Source: Geosiphon pyriformis uo1 | Lineage: Eukaryota > Fungi > Glomeromycota | DNA: 64,000 nucleotides | Assembly (NCBI GenBank): GCA_016748015.1 | Contig: JAAOMT010000664.1 | Location: forward strand, 1,425,892-1,489,891 | Reading direction: 5' to 3' | Part shown: positions 40,425 to 53,100 of the stretch, in pieces | Layout of the letters: every line of letters starts with the position of its first letter | Position numbering within the stretch: the stretch's first letter is position 1 | Notes under the pieces: model-generated | Databases searched by the model: none | Told to the model about the DNA's origin: nothing | What the model saw: the letters and a program-made list of their open reading frames with translations, nothing else | Program-made: the position numbers and the translations under genes

Positions 40425-41830
40425 ATGATTTTTCTATTCAGATTTATTTGTACAAAAATATTTTTCAAATTTTTATTCTTCTTCCTATTGAATACCTTTT
40501 TTTCTTTTAATTTTCCTTTTAAACTTAAACCTATCACAATTGAAGGTGATCCAATTCAAAAAACAAACCATCAATCTTTTCTCTTAAAATCATTTAATAT
40601 AACTTTTGATAATATAGTGAAAAGGAATGATCCCGGTGTAACCTTTGTAAAAAAGGTTGTCCAAGATGAAAATGTTTTACATGAATTATCATCTAGTGCA
40701 GCTTTTGCATGGGAAGCATCTTGTCAAAAAGTCATTAAAACTAATGAAAATTATTTTATGGGTGGTGAAGGCAAAGCTAGAGTTTGGGGTTAGTAAATTA
40801 TTATTTTTTATTATCAATTTTATTATCAATTTTATTATTATTTATTATTTTTATTTTTATTTTTATTTTTATAAATGAAAATTGATTTGATCAAAAACTT
40901 TTTTTATCATTTTAACCTAGTAATAATTTCAAAAACTATAATATCTTTTGGTACTCCCGAGTATAAATTTGATGCTATTACAAACCCTACAACGACTCGA
41001 TTTTGGGATGTTGTTTCTTACCCACATGCAGAATATGCGTTTGTCTTTCAAGTTTTATTTCATCGATGGCAAGAACGGGCTTCAAAGTTTTCGGCAAAAT
41101 TGAAATTATTTGAAAGTGAAAATATTTTAACAGAGAATTTAAATGAATATACATTCACTGGTTTCGGTATTGGAGCTGGTAAATAAAATGTTTTTGAATT
41201 AAAAAAAAAATTTTTAATGTAAACAAAAAAACTTCTTGTTTATAACTTTGAATTTCTAGCCTTCGCGGTATTTGCTGCACTTGAATATAAAAGAAACCAT
41301 ATGAAATCATCTATCAATCTCATTACCTTTGGTCAACCACGTATTGGTGATGAATTATTTGTTATTTATACACAACGGATGCTGGATAAAGTTTGGAGGG
41401 TAACTCATGGTGATGATTGGCTACCTAACTTTCCAATTCATGGTTTTGATCGAGAGAGAAAGATCCCATCAGGTTTAAAATCGAAATCTCCTCGAATTAT
41501 ATATAAACACTTTCAAAAAGAATTTTGGATAGAATCTTCATGTGATTGTTCTAATTCAAACGTTTATTTATGTTATCATACTGCTACTTTGAACGAACAT
41601 GAGGTAATTCCTTGAATTTTTTTGTTTTTTTTTTCTGAAAAATTATTGTACTAATTTCCACGAAATTATCCTTTTAGGATTGCAATGCGAGAAATCATTT
41701 ACATAACGTCCTCTATCCAGGAAACTCATGGGAAGATGCAATAAAATCATACAGAAAATTTCATCCTGATGATGAACATTTTGGTTCTTATTTCGGATAC
41801 ACCATGTTTCAAAATTGCCCTCAGCTTTGA
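40425..41830 (+). CDS. Secreted class-3-lipase-fold protein lacking the catalytic Ser (GFGIGA), 4 exons
   Basis: Phe-rich signal region; AAFAWEASC; FTGFGIGA|AFAVFAALE; TFGQPRIGD; WRVTHGDDWLPNFP; CDC; last exon DCNARN...EHFGSYFGYTMFQNCPQL*. Confidence 0.85.
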
Positions 41831-42651
41831 GAAAAATCTAATTGTCACGCTATTAAGTTGGCTATAGTCCACGCAAAATATCCTTGAAATACACGATATT
41901 AAAAATAAAATAAAATAAAATTTTCTTTTATCTTTCAAGACCCCTCTCGTTTCCTTGAAACTGGCTCATCATTTTTTTAGTAATTTAAAATGATGATTTT
42001 TTTTTTGTTTGTGAATGTATAATTCAATTCTTATGAAGATAAATGTTACATAGTTTTTGATTGATTTTTTTTTTGAATAATATTGCAAGGAAAAAGAATT
42101 TGATTAAAAATTCACATTTTAAACGAAACCAATTGGTTTCATTTTAATTGATTCATTGAAAACATCAATAAAGTTAATATTGCTAAATTAAACATTTTTT
42201 TGAATTAAATTCTCTTAATTCCTGATCTTAAGTATTATTAAATCTGTAAAATATTAGATATTTTTTTAAATTAAATAAAAAATAATTATTTTATTAATCA
42301 TAATATAATTTTTTTTTTAATGGCAAAATTATTTGTTCTTTTATATTCATTTGAAAACATCTTTGAACATTGTTAAAACACATGTTTATTATTATTTTTA
42401 ATGGTTGATACTTTTTAAGCCAAGATAACAAACTTTTAAAATCTTTTATAATAGAATCGAATTGAAATATATTTCAGACATCAATCAGTTAATAATTGCA
42501 AAATATATACATTTATCTAATTTATTCTTTTTTTTTTAATCTAATTTTTTGTTTAATTCAAAAACTTTGTATTTTATTTATAATTTTAAGATTTATTTTT
42601 GAAAAACTTTGATCCAATTTCTAAATCACAAAATTATTATCTATTTAAGTA

Positions 42652-42689
<38 letters not shown>

Positions 42690-43637
42690 AATATATTTTT
42701 CTTTTTTCTTTTTTTAATTTTTTTTCTTTCTTTATATCTGTTTTTTGTTTTTTTCTTCTTTAAAATTCTTAACTATTCTAAATATTTTTTATATTTGTTT
42801 TAAAAAATTTTTAATTTACATATAATATATATTTATATTAATTATGATTTTTTGTTAATACATATAATATAAAAAAATAATTCAAATATTGGTTTTAATT
42901 ATATTAAAACTATAATTTTTGTTTAATAATATAAATTTATTATTATTATTAAAATTATATTTTTGAATTTTTTTTTTAGTATTATATTATAAAATTTTAA
43001 ATTATATAAAGTTTAAATTTATTTTTAAAAATATATTAATTATATTTATTTATATTTTTAATATTATCTTTTATATATATATATATATATTACTATAAAA
43101 CTTATAATTTAATTAATATTATTTTGAATTAATTTATAAATTTACTTAAATAAATATATTATTATAAAAAAAAGTACTTAATTTTTAAAATAAAATTTAA
43201 AATTTTAATAATTTTTTATAATTAATTTAGTAATCAAAAATACTTTAAAAAAAATAAAATATAATTTAATTGATATTTTAAAATATATTTAAAATATATA
43301 ATTTAATAAGTTTATATTGCTTAAAAAAAAAAGTTTACATAAAATTAATATATATAAATATATTTGTATAATAAATTTTAATTTAATAAAAAATTATTAA
43401 GTATTAATAGTTTTATAAAAGATTATCTGTTATGATTAAAAAAGAATTATATAATTCTAAATATTTTAATATGTTTTATATTTAATATAGAATAAAAAAA
43501 AATTCAAATTATGTTTTTTATGTAAACTTTTTTGTATTGTTTGTTACATATAAGAAGTGTATATGTTGTGCTTATTTTAAAGTTTTTTATTAAGTTGTAT
43601 AATTTTAAGTAATGGCTAAGTTATGCTTGTTATCACG

Positions 43638-43669
<32 letters not shown>

Positions 43670-44124
43670 TGTGAAATTTTAGAATAAAAAAAGTGAAATC
43701 CTATTTTAAAAATCATTTTTAATTAATTAAATTAAATTAATATTTAATTTTCTTAAAAATTATAAATATTAATTAAAATATTAATCATATAAATTATTAT
43801 AATTTGTGGTTGGATTACACCATAACCAAAAAAAAAAAAAAGAAATTATAATTTTGCAACAAACTGTTTAAAAATATTGATATTAATATTATTCAATAAA
43901 ATATGATAATATTAACTAATTAGTAAATTTATATACCATAACAAGCAAGCACTGTAAATAATCAAAAATACAAATTTCTAATTTATTAAAATAAATATCA
44001 ATCATACTAAACAGGTAACGTAACCCAACCTTTTCGTCTCAAATCAGCTGTCTAGGTTATCAAATACCTTCAATTCTGCCAATTTCTTTATTATGAATGC
44101 TTTCTTAGCTTTTTATAAGATATA

Positions 44125-46772
44125 ATGACAGATGTCAATTCTGTTCCATCAACACTCTCCAAAAAGTATGCGGAAGTATGTATCTTATCTGAGATCTAGT
44201 AAATGAAATTAACAGTTTTTTACACTCTTTGGATCCACCGATTTAAAGGCATCAACACCAAGACCCGCTGTCTGGGGGGTAAGAATTTATTTTAACTGCT
44301 AATTACTTTACTTCTTTACTGATTCTCCCTTTTGCAGCGTTAATACAGCAGACTCAAAAACCGATGCTACTAACATAATCAGTGGGCCACGGGAAACACT
44401 TTCTGGCTATGGCTTTGAGAAAGACCCTGAGTATGTTTTAGCCAGCCAGCTTTGTTCCTTCAGTGTCTCACTCGATATTTAAAAAAATTCCCATACAGGC
44501 ACCCATTTTCCACCTCAGTCTCATTTGTACGTTCCAAAGAACCTGGAAATCAACGAGACGTTTCACGTCATTTGCCGAACAAATTTTCGACCGAAACAAA
44601 CGATGAATGGGATAATGGATCGGATGACGGTGAAAAGTCTGCTGGAAATTTTGTTTTACTGAAAAATCAGAAAAGTACCAACACGCCAATAGATAGTGCA
44701 ACATTCAGCATTGAGGATAAAAAAAAAATTTTATCAAAAACCTCGAGACCTGATTTGGATTCCTACATAACAGTAGAACCGTCTGTAGCTGGAGTCAAGC
44801 CAGAAATTGCTTGCCTTGTCCAAGGTTAATTCTATTTATATAATGAAATCCTCATCTTAATAATATTTATTATTTGAAAATTTTTATTTGAAACATCCCA
44901 ACTTGGAAAAAAGATCCTATTAATTCCATTAAATCACCGAGAATATTTGCTTCGGATTCAAGAGGGCCGACTGAAGCAGAGAAGTCAAAGTTTAATGCTC
45001 ACATGGCTCGTTTCCAAAAATTCAAACATATATTGCAAAGTCCGAACGTTGATCTTGGTAGGATATTCTATCTCCATCAAAATTTGATTAATAAAAATAA
45101 CGCATTTTAATAAATTTAAATTACAGCTGCACTTAAAGAATTAAGTTGGTCTGGAATACCAAAAGAACTAAGGCCGATGGCATGGCAATTGCTTCTCGTA
45201 AGTTTAGAATGATGCCAATTAGCATTTATAAATCGATTAATATAAATACATTTGATCAATCTTATTAGGGCTATCTCCCATGTAATTCGGATCGTAGGGT
45301 TGCCACTTTAGCACGTAAGCGAAAAGAATACGAGGATAGTGTATCTCAAGCTTACTCTAAAGGCGTCGCAGGTTTTGACCAAGCAATATGGCATCAAGTA
45401 CATTCTTTATTTCGTTTCAAAATGTTGAATCTAATCACATTGTTCGAGTTCAATAAAAAATTCGCACTTTGTGAAACTTGAATTTTTCTTTTAATTTTAA
45501 TACCTGACAATTGTATTTATATGTATGTATGTATGTATGTATGTTGAAATAATTATAGATTCATATTGATGTCCCAAGAACGAGTCCCGGGATCCCTCTT
45601 TATCAGCGTGAGACAACACAACAGGTGAGGATGATATAACCTAAAATAATTGGCAGAATATTCAATCTACTATGTCTATCTCTTAAAATGTAGTGTTTGG
45701 AACGTATTCTTTATGTTTGGTCGATACGGCATCCTGCTAGCGGCTACGTTCAAGGAATCAACGACCTTGTTACCCCATTTTTCCAAGTATTTTTGGCTGC
45801 TTACATTGGTTTGTTTGTTTGTTTTTTCGATTTTTTTTTTAGCAATCCCCGGTCATGCCAAATTGATTTAAGTAAAATAAGAAGTCATATTAATTTTTTA
45901 TGTTCTAATTAGATGATGATCCTGAAAGTTATGATATCGAAATTTTACCCAAAGAAGTATTGAATGTTATTGAAGCGGACAGTTTTTGGAGCTTGTCAAA
46001 ACTTTTAGATGGTATACAGGTTAGCTATTATGAAATTTATAAACTCAAAAGACTTTAAATTCTGGATGGTCAAGAAATTTTATTTTCGATACAAATACTA
46101 GCAGTTTCTTTGGTAGGATAATTATACATTCGCTCAACCAGGTATACAACGCCAAATTGGGAAACTCAAGGAATTGATTAATCGAATAGATGGTAAGAAT
46201 TCTCAAAATTTATGCTCTAATTTACTCATATTTTATCAATTTTAGTTAATATTTCTTAATAGCGAAATTAGCCGTACACCTACAAGCGGAGGGGATTGAA
46301 TTCATTCAATTTGCATTTCGATGGATGAATTGTTTATTGATGCGAGAAGTGTCTTTAAAGAATACAATACGGATGTGGGACACTTATTTAGTAAAATCTC
46401 CATTATTTACTGGTTCAAGTTTTTAGATCTAATACGATATTTATAAGCCTATTAAATCTAATATGTAGGCTGAAGGACCAGATGGTTTTTCAGAATTTCA
46501 TCTATATGTATGTGCCGCGTTTTTGGTGAAATGGTCCGATAAGTTGAGATCAATGGATTTTCAGGTATTAAGCTAACAATGATTAAAAGATTTTCCATAT
46601 TATTTGTACGATGAACCGTTTATATACTTTTTTCCTATAGGGTATCATGATGTTTTTACAATCACTGCCCACATCACATTGGGATGAAAAAGATATTGAA
46701 CTTTTACTGTCTGAGGCTTTCATGTGGAAAAGCTTATTTCACAATGCACCTAATCATTTATCGAGGACATGA
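44125..46772 (+). CDS. GYP1: TBC-domain Rab GTPase-activating protein (Gyp1/TBC1D22 orthologue), multi-exon
   Basis: LSWSGIPKELRPMAWQLLL|GYLP; Arg finger IHIDVPRT; Gln finger HPASGYVQGINDLVTPF; EADSFW; QFAFRWMNCLLMRE; IRMWDTYL; ends LFHNAPNHLSRT*. The 5' exons are less certain. Confidence 0.92.
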
Positions 46773-46946
46773 ACTTTACTGATCAATTTTCATGAATTTA
46801 TATTGTACAAAATTCAAATTGTTGCATAATCGCTGGAATACTTGGATAATATATTTGTGGGCTCGAATAGTGTGGTTTTTGAATAGAATATTTATGAAAT
46901 TTTGGTATTCAGCGGATGGATTGTAACATATCAATAATAGGCAATA

Positions 46947-47520
46947 CTATGTAAAGCCTATTATTTCCTGTATGGTCACTTGGAGAAAGATCTCCCGAGC
47001 GCCATTTTCATCGTTATCCAAAACATGTTTACAATTCTGGCAGTTGATCCTCCGATTCTTTGAATATTTCCACATCAGCTATACAAGCTTTAGAGGTATA
47101 GCCCTCACTTTAGATAACTCGGATCAAACGTTGACGAAATCGATAGTGCACCCAGCATAGCGTCTTTTAACTATTTTTCTTGTGATTTTTCTCGTTTTTC
47201 GATTCACCATATCCAATACCTCAAAGGGAGGAATGACAATAGTATCAAATTCGTGAGTGAAAAATGCGACAGCCTTTTCTGTGTATTTCTGTCTTCATAA
47301 TTTGCAGAGGCAAACAATACGACTGATGTCACTAGACCCTATTTTGTCTACATCTTTTGTTAAGGAATGCCCTGTAAATAAAGTGCGAATCCCAGGATCT
47401 ATTTTGACTGCATGAACAGAGCATTCCGCTTGGGTTTCGCGAAGCTGTTTTTGCGTTTGTATGCCGAGGGGAAACTTCCTTTCATTAGTTTTGCGATAAT
47501 GAGCTTGCACATATGATCTT
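46947..47520 (-). pseudogene. Decayed Fanzor2 / IS607-type TnpB RNA-guided nuclease (RuvC + zinc-finger half)
   Basis: Across frameshifts: VKIDPGIRTLFTGHS (RuvC-I), IGSSDISRIVCLC, EIHRK/AVAFFTHEFDTIVIPPFE, CWVHYRFRQRL, EGYTSKAC..CGNIQRIGGS, CQNCKHVLDNDENGAREIFL (zinc finger + RuvC-III). Confidence 0.85.
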
Positions 47521-48464
47521 GTGTGGTTGAAATTTTTTACGATTATTCTGTTTTAATAATTTAATTGTTAATTGATCCAAATTATTAATTTGGTTATTAA
47601 ATAAGTTTTTTAAAGCTATTGTTACAGGTGGAGTAACACGCTAACGGATAGCAAGGTGGAACAAATATTGTATGGTGAGAAAACGATTAAAGGGAAATTC
47701 AACTTAAAGAAGTGAATTGAATTTGTAAGGATTTAATGTGCGAGATCAGTCTTATGAATATTTTAGTTGCTATTCTTTTCAAAAGGTAACAAGAGAATCT
47801 GAAGGTTGAGGAATACTATCAACATAACACAGCTGCTATAATTATACGCCTTACATTGGCACTCTTATAATTCAATAACAGGTATTGTTTCACCAAAGTT
47901 AACAAGATTTAAATCAAGAAAAAGAAATAAGATCACATAATAAGTAAAAGTTTTAACCATAACACTATAAAAAAATATTTAATTATAAAATTATAATTAT
48001 TATTTAAAATCAAATTTATATATTTTTTCTTGTTAATAATTATTATAACAAAATATATAAATTTAAATTTAAATTTAAATTGTAAATTTTGTTTAATTTG
48101 ATAAAATTTATAATTCAAAAAAATTGAAATTTTAATAAATTTACTTATTTTTTTTGAATATTAAAACTTAGATTAAATATTTATTTGAATTTAATTATTA
48201 ATTTGTTTAAGAGTTTTAACCAAAATAAACACAAAACTTATTTTTTAGTTATTTATAATATAAGTAATAAATTAATTTTAATTAATTTTAAGTTGCAAAA
48301 AATATAAAAATTACAAAATAATAAAATAAATAATATTTATTAATATAAGTTTAAATATTTATTTATTTATTAAAAATATATAATTAACACTTGAATTATA
48401 ATTTAAATAAATAATAAAAAATTGTATTTTATAAAAACTTTGTTAAAAATTAAAATTTAATATT

Positions 48465-48501
<37 letters not shown>

Positions 48502-48539
48502 TATTATTATTATAATTAAAACTTTTACTTTTTAGTTTT

Positions 48540-48750
48540 ATTTATTTACTTAGTTATATTTAGTTATATGTATTAATTAGCTATTTTATTTTTAGAAATA
48601 ATTATTAATTTAATTACTAATCTAATTATTAATTTTTATTATTTTATTATTATTATTTTTTATTAATATAATTATTGGTTTTATGAAGTATATTAAATAA
48701 ATATTTATTAAAAAGTACAATTAATATTTAATTTTAAATTTTAAAAATAC
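48540..48750 (+). repeat. Third, more eroded copy of the solo-LTR-like repeat
   Basis: GAAGTATATTAAATAAATATTTATTAAAAAGTACAATTAATAT matches 6957-6999. Confidence 0.55.
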
Positions 48751-49974
48751 TTTTTAAAAAAATTTTAATAATATTTTTTTTATTAAAAATAATTAATAAT
48801 TAAAAACTAAATTAACAAAATTAAATTTTTTAAAAAAAATTATTATAAGTTAATAAACTTAAATTTAATATTAATAAATATAATAAAAAAATATTACAAA
48901 ATATAATAACAATAAAAATAAAAACAAAATTAATAATTACAAAAGATTTAATATAATAAAAAAATCCAGTTAGCTTAATTAAATAATAGTTTTTAAAAAT
49001 TTTTAAAATATAAATCTATATAAAATTTAATATTAAACTAATTTAATTATAATTTTATTTTAAGTATTATTAAATTAGTATTTTTTTAAAAAAAAACAGT
49101 TTTAATTTAAGTTAATAAGTTTTTAAATTGCTGTTTTTTAATTATTATAGAAAAAACAATAATTGCTTTTTTTGCTTTTTATTTTGATTCTAAATTTAAA
49201 ATTTAAATAAAAATTTTTTATTATAAATTTATTTTAAGTAAAACCAATTTATTAAATAAATCTTTTTTGTTTAAATCATAGTTACCAAAAATTAAAATTG
49301 GGTTTGAATTAATTTTTTTTGCTCAAAATTAAAAATTTCGTTAAAATTAATTTTACTTTTTTGAAAACAAAACATTTATTATTATAAAATACATAAAAAT
49401 TGATATAAAACCATTATTCTTATAATTAAATAATCTTAAAAACAGAACTTTTAAGAAGAAACAACAAAATAATTATACCTTTTAAATATTTCTAATAGTA
49501 AAAAATTCAGCAGTAATTGCTAACAACAAAACAAATTGAGTTATTGAAAAAACTTTTAACGACAATAAAAAAATAGTTTGGTTGGTTTAAATAATCAGAA
49601 AAAGTATCTTGAAATATTTTTTTAAATTAAATCTAAATAAATATTGTGATATTCAGAAACTGACAACTTTGGATTTTCAAGTGACAGTTGAACTTAATCG
49701 AGTCATGCATTGTGAAAATGTAAAGATTAAGCATAAAAGTTGCAGATTCAATAATATTATAAAAAACTAAACTTGAGTTGGATGGCCATTTTGAATATCA
49801 AGCACAATAGCCAAGCTTAAATCCGTTATGGAATCAAAAATAGTATTATGATTATGAATTGCAGACATTTTCATATATTCATAGATTCAATTCGAGTTTA
49901 ATTCAAATAATATGATTGGTTGTGTTGAGTTGAGATGTTACACCAAGACTCAACTAGATTTCTATTTAACATTT

Positions 49975-49992
49975 ACGCGTCGTGTTACGCGA
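49975..49992 (+). promoter_or_regulatory. Tandem MCB (MluI cell-cycle box)-like sites upstream of CTF18
   Basis: ACGCGT at 49975-49980 and ACGCGA at 49987-49992, ~150 nt before the ATG, in an otherwise CpG-poor context. Confidence 0.6.
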
Positions 49993-50137
49993 CGAATATT
50001 TCAAAGAAAAGAGAAATTTTGATTTTGATGATTTAAGAGACTTTGATTTTTTCATGTCAATCGTTTTTGAGCTATAATTTAGGTTTCCACAATTTTGTTT
50101 TGGGTTTTTAATTCGAAAAAATAAATAAATTTTCATA

Positions 50138-53100
50138 ATGGATACGGAAAAGGGCAGTGATCCATTAGCAGGATCTATTGATTCGCGTAATCCAACACTA
50201 AGAGAAGACATGGACATAGCTGAAGATGACTTCGCCCACTACAAAAAATATAATTCTAAAAGCTGCTTCCCCTTTAACAAAGGCAAAGGCAAAGCAAGAA
50301 TAGAAGGGAAGAAAGGGTTAGAGATATATAATAAGGAAAATTTTGGTGACTCGGCGTTTTTTTCACTCATAAGTAGTGACGACCAAGAGGCTTCTATCCT
50401 TGCATCGCCATGTGGAACTTTCAATGACCTTGAAACTAAAGAAAAGAAGTCTGAATGGCGTGAAACCTCAAATAAATATGAGAATTTTACTGAAGAAATG
50501 GGAGATTTAACACCACAAGAACGCGAGATTATTAGGCAAATGGATCTCCAAGAACAATTTGAAAAACAATTTGAAAATAATTATGGTGAATCTTCCAGCT
50601 CTATAAGCATGGAAGCGTCAAATTCAAAAAAGCAAAGGAACGATATACCTCAAAACAATTCTCCGATCAAGTACTTGTCAGTACAAGATATCATTCATAC
50701 TTTCCATGATAATATCCAGAAAGCGTCTAATGAATTATCAACATACAAAAAATTTTCTCCTATAAATGAGGTAGCAAATATCTCTAAACCTCTATCGCCT
50801 TATACGAAAATACCCAACACACGCGAATTTCTTAAAGTGACCACATCTGAAGGACAGTGTCTGTATTTCCCAAAAAAAGAGCCAATAGCCACTTTGCCAG
50901 CAAGTATAAAATGTTGAGAAATTTTGGATCTTTGAGAGAAATATCTATAATATCTATAATATCTTTTTCATCCATATATAGAAGGTTTACTCTGGCAGAA
51001 AATCATTGCTCGAAGTGTCTATATTCCGTCTATTAGATGAAATTGACCGAGAGGCTACCGAATCCAACAGGTTTTGTATATTCAATGTGTTTTATTTGTG
51101 TGTATATGTAACTTGTAAGTACATTTTCTTTAACATTAAATTCAAACATCACTTCTAGATCCTCCAAACATCTGATAAAAGATGACTCAAACAAGCAATC
51201 AACACCAAAGAAGATTGGGACAAAATTATGGGTCGACAAATATCGCCCAAAGTATTATATCGATCTCCTTGGTGACGAGGTGAAGTAGAAATGCTAAATT
51301 CTTCTCAAAGAGTTAAATTTGACCTATCTCTTCTTTAAAATTTATGGATCCAGAAAGGGAACAGAGCAGTCTTAAAATGGGTAAAGCAATGGGATACATG
51401 TGTTTTTGGGACCAAACCTAAAGAAGGAAATTTTGAGCATATCAAAGTATGTTTATCCTTTTTTATCCGAGTTTCAATAGAAAATGAGTTATTCAATAAA
51501 AATTTACTTTCTTCTGCCAATCCAGAATCAAGATCCTTGGTTTCGGCCTGAAAAAAAGGTATTTCCTCAAAAGGACATAGCATTAAATGTGAGAAAACTT
51601 GAATCACTTATTTAGTCCCTATCTTATTAAGGTGCTTTTATTAACCGGACCTCCAGGCTATGGTAAAACGACTCTAGCCCATGTAATAGCCAATCACTGT
51701 GGATACAACGTAATTGAAGTAAATGCCAGGTAAATTTTTTATCTATTAATTTTTACTTCAATAAAATAAACATTGTCTTATTATGGATTTATACATTTAG
51801 TGATGATCGAACGACAGATGTTGTAAAAAATCAAATTCGAAACTCCTTAGAAAATCAAACGATAGCACCTAATCATAAACCATCTCTTTTGATAATTGAT
51901 GAGATTGATGGTGTATCTGGAAATGGAGAACAGGTTTGCTTCCTTGCGTTACCGAGTTTCTTTAAATTTCTGTGTTAAACTAGGATTAAATTTGTGTGTA
52001 GAATTTCATCAAATTGCTCGTAGATTTGGTTTTAGGTGGAGAAAAAGTAAAAGAGCGTAACCCGCCCGTAAAAACCTTTGGAAAAAAAACTGGTAAAATA
52101 ATTTAAGTGACTTCATCGTTAGTTTATAGATATTGACTCGTTAAATTTTTGACAGTTGAGAAAAAGACCATCAAAAAACCTATTCTTTTTCCCATTATTT
52201 GCATTTGCAACGACCAGTAAGTACATTTTATTAAGTTTTTGGTTTGGCTCAATAGCTCAGATTTCTTCAAATACTTTTCTTTGATTCAAATATATTATAG
52301 ATATGCAACCGTTTTACGCTCACTTCGTCCTATAGCTCACATTTTACAAATACAAAAGTGTCCCTCCAATTTACTTGCCAAGAGACTTCAGGATATATGT
52401 CGGCGAGAAGAACTGTCTGCTGATTTGAGTGCTCTGTCAAGTTTAACCGAAACGGCCGAAGGGGATATAAGAAGCTGCTTGAACACTTTGCAGGTTTAAC
52501 AAAAACAATCCCCTATGGTTTTTTATCTTTCATATTAAGTTTTTATTTCTCTTTTCTAGTTTCTGAAACAAAATTCTTCTCACGTCACCACCGAATTAAT
52601 TGCCAAATCAGGTGTTGGATTAAAAGATTCAAAAAAATCCTATTTCACAATTTGGGAGGAAATCTTTCAACTTGAAACTGCCAAAAAACACAAGGGTCGA
52701 TTTTCACAACCAAAAGGTTTTTTTCTCCCTAGTTTATTAGTCGCTTAATTATGCTATAAACATGGTGTGAACAAAATTTTTTATTATCCCTAGACAATGC
52801 GAACCGATATATTGAAGAACTCGCATCGATTATTAACACAAACCCCGAATATGAGAAGTTGATGCAAGGTATTCTACAATGTCAATTTACAGACTCTTTA
52901 GGAACAGATTGCTTATCCCTTTTCCTGATTCTTTTCTAGGATGTTTTGAAAATTATCTCAAAATGAAATTTCATGATACCGCTTGTATTAAGCTGCTTGA
53001 AGCCAATAAATGGATACATTTTTATGATCAATTGAATTATCGAATCAACTCAAACCAAGAACAAGGATTAAGAGCTTATCTCCCGTTTCCTTTAATAAAC

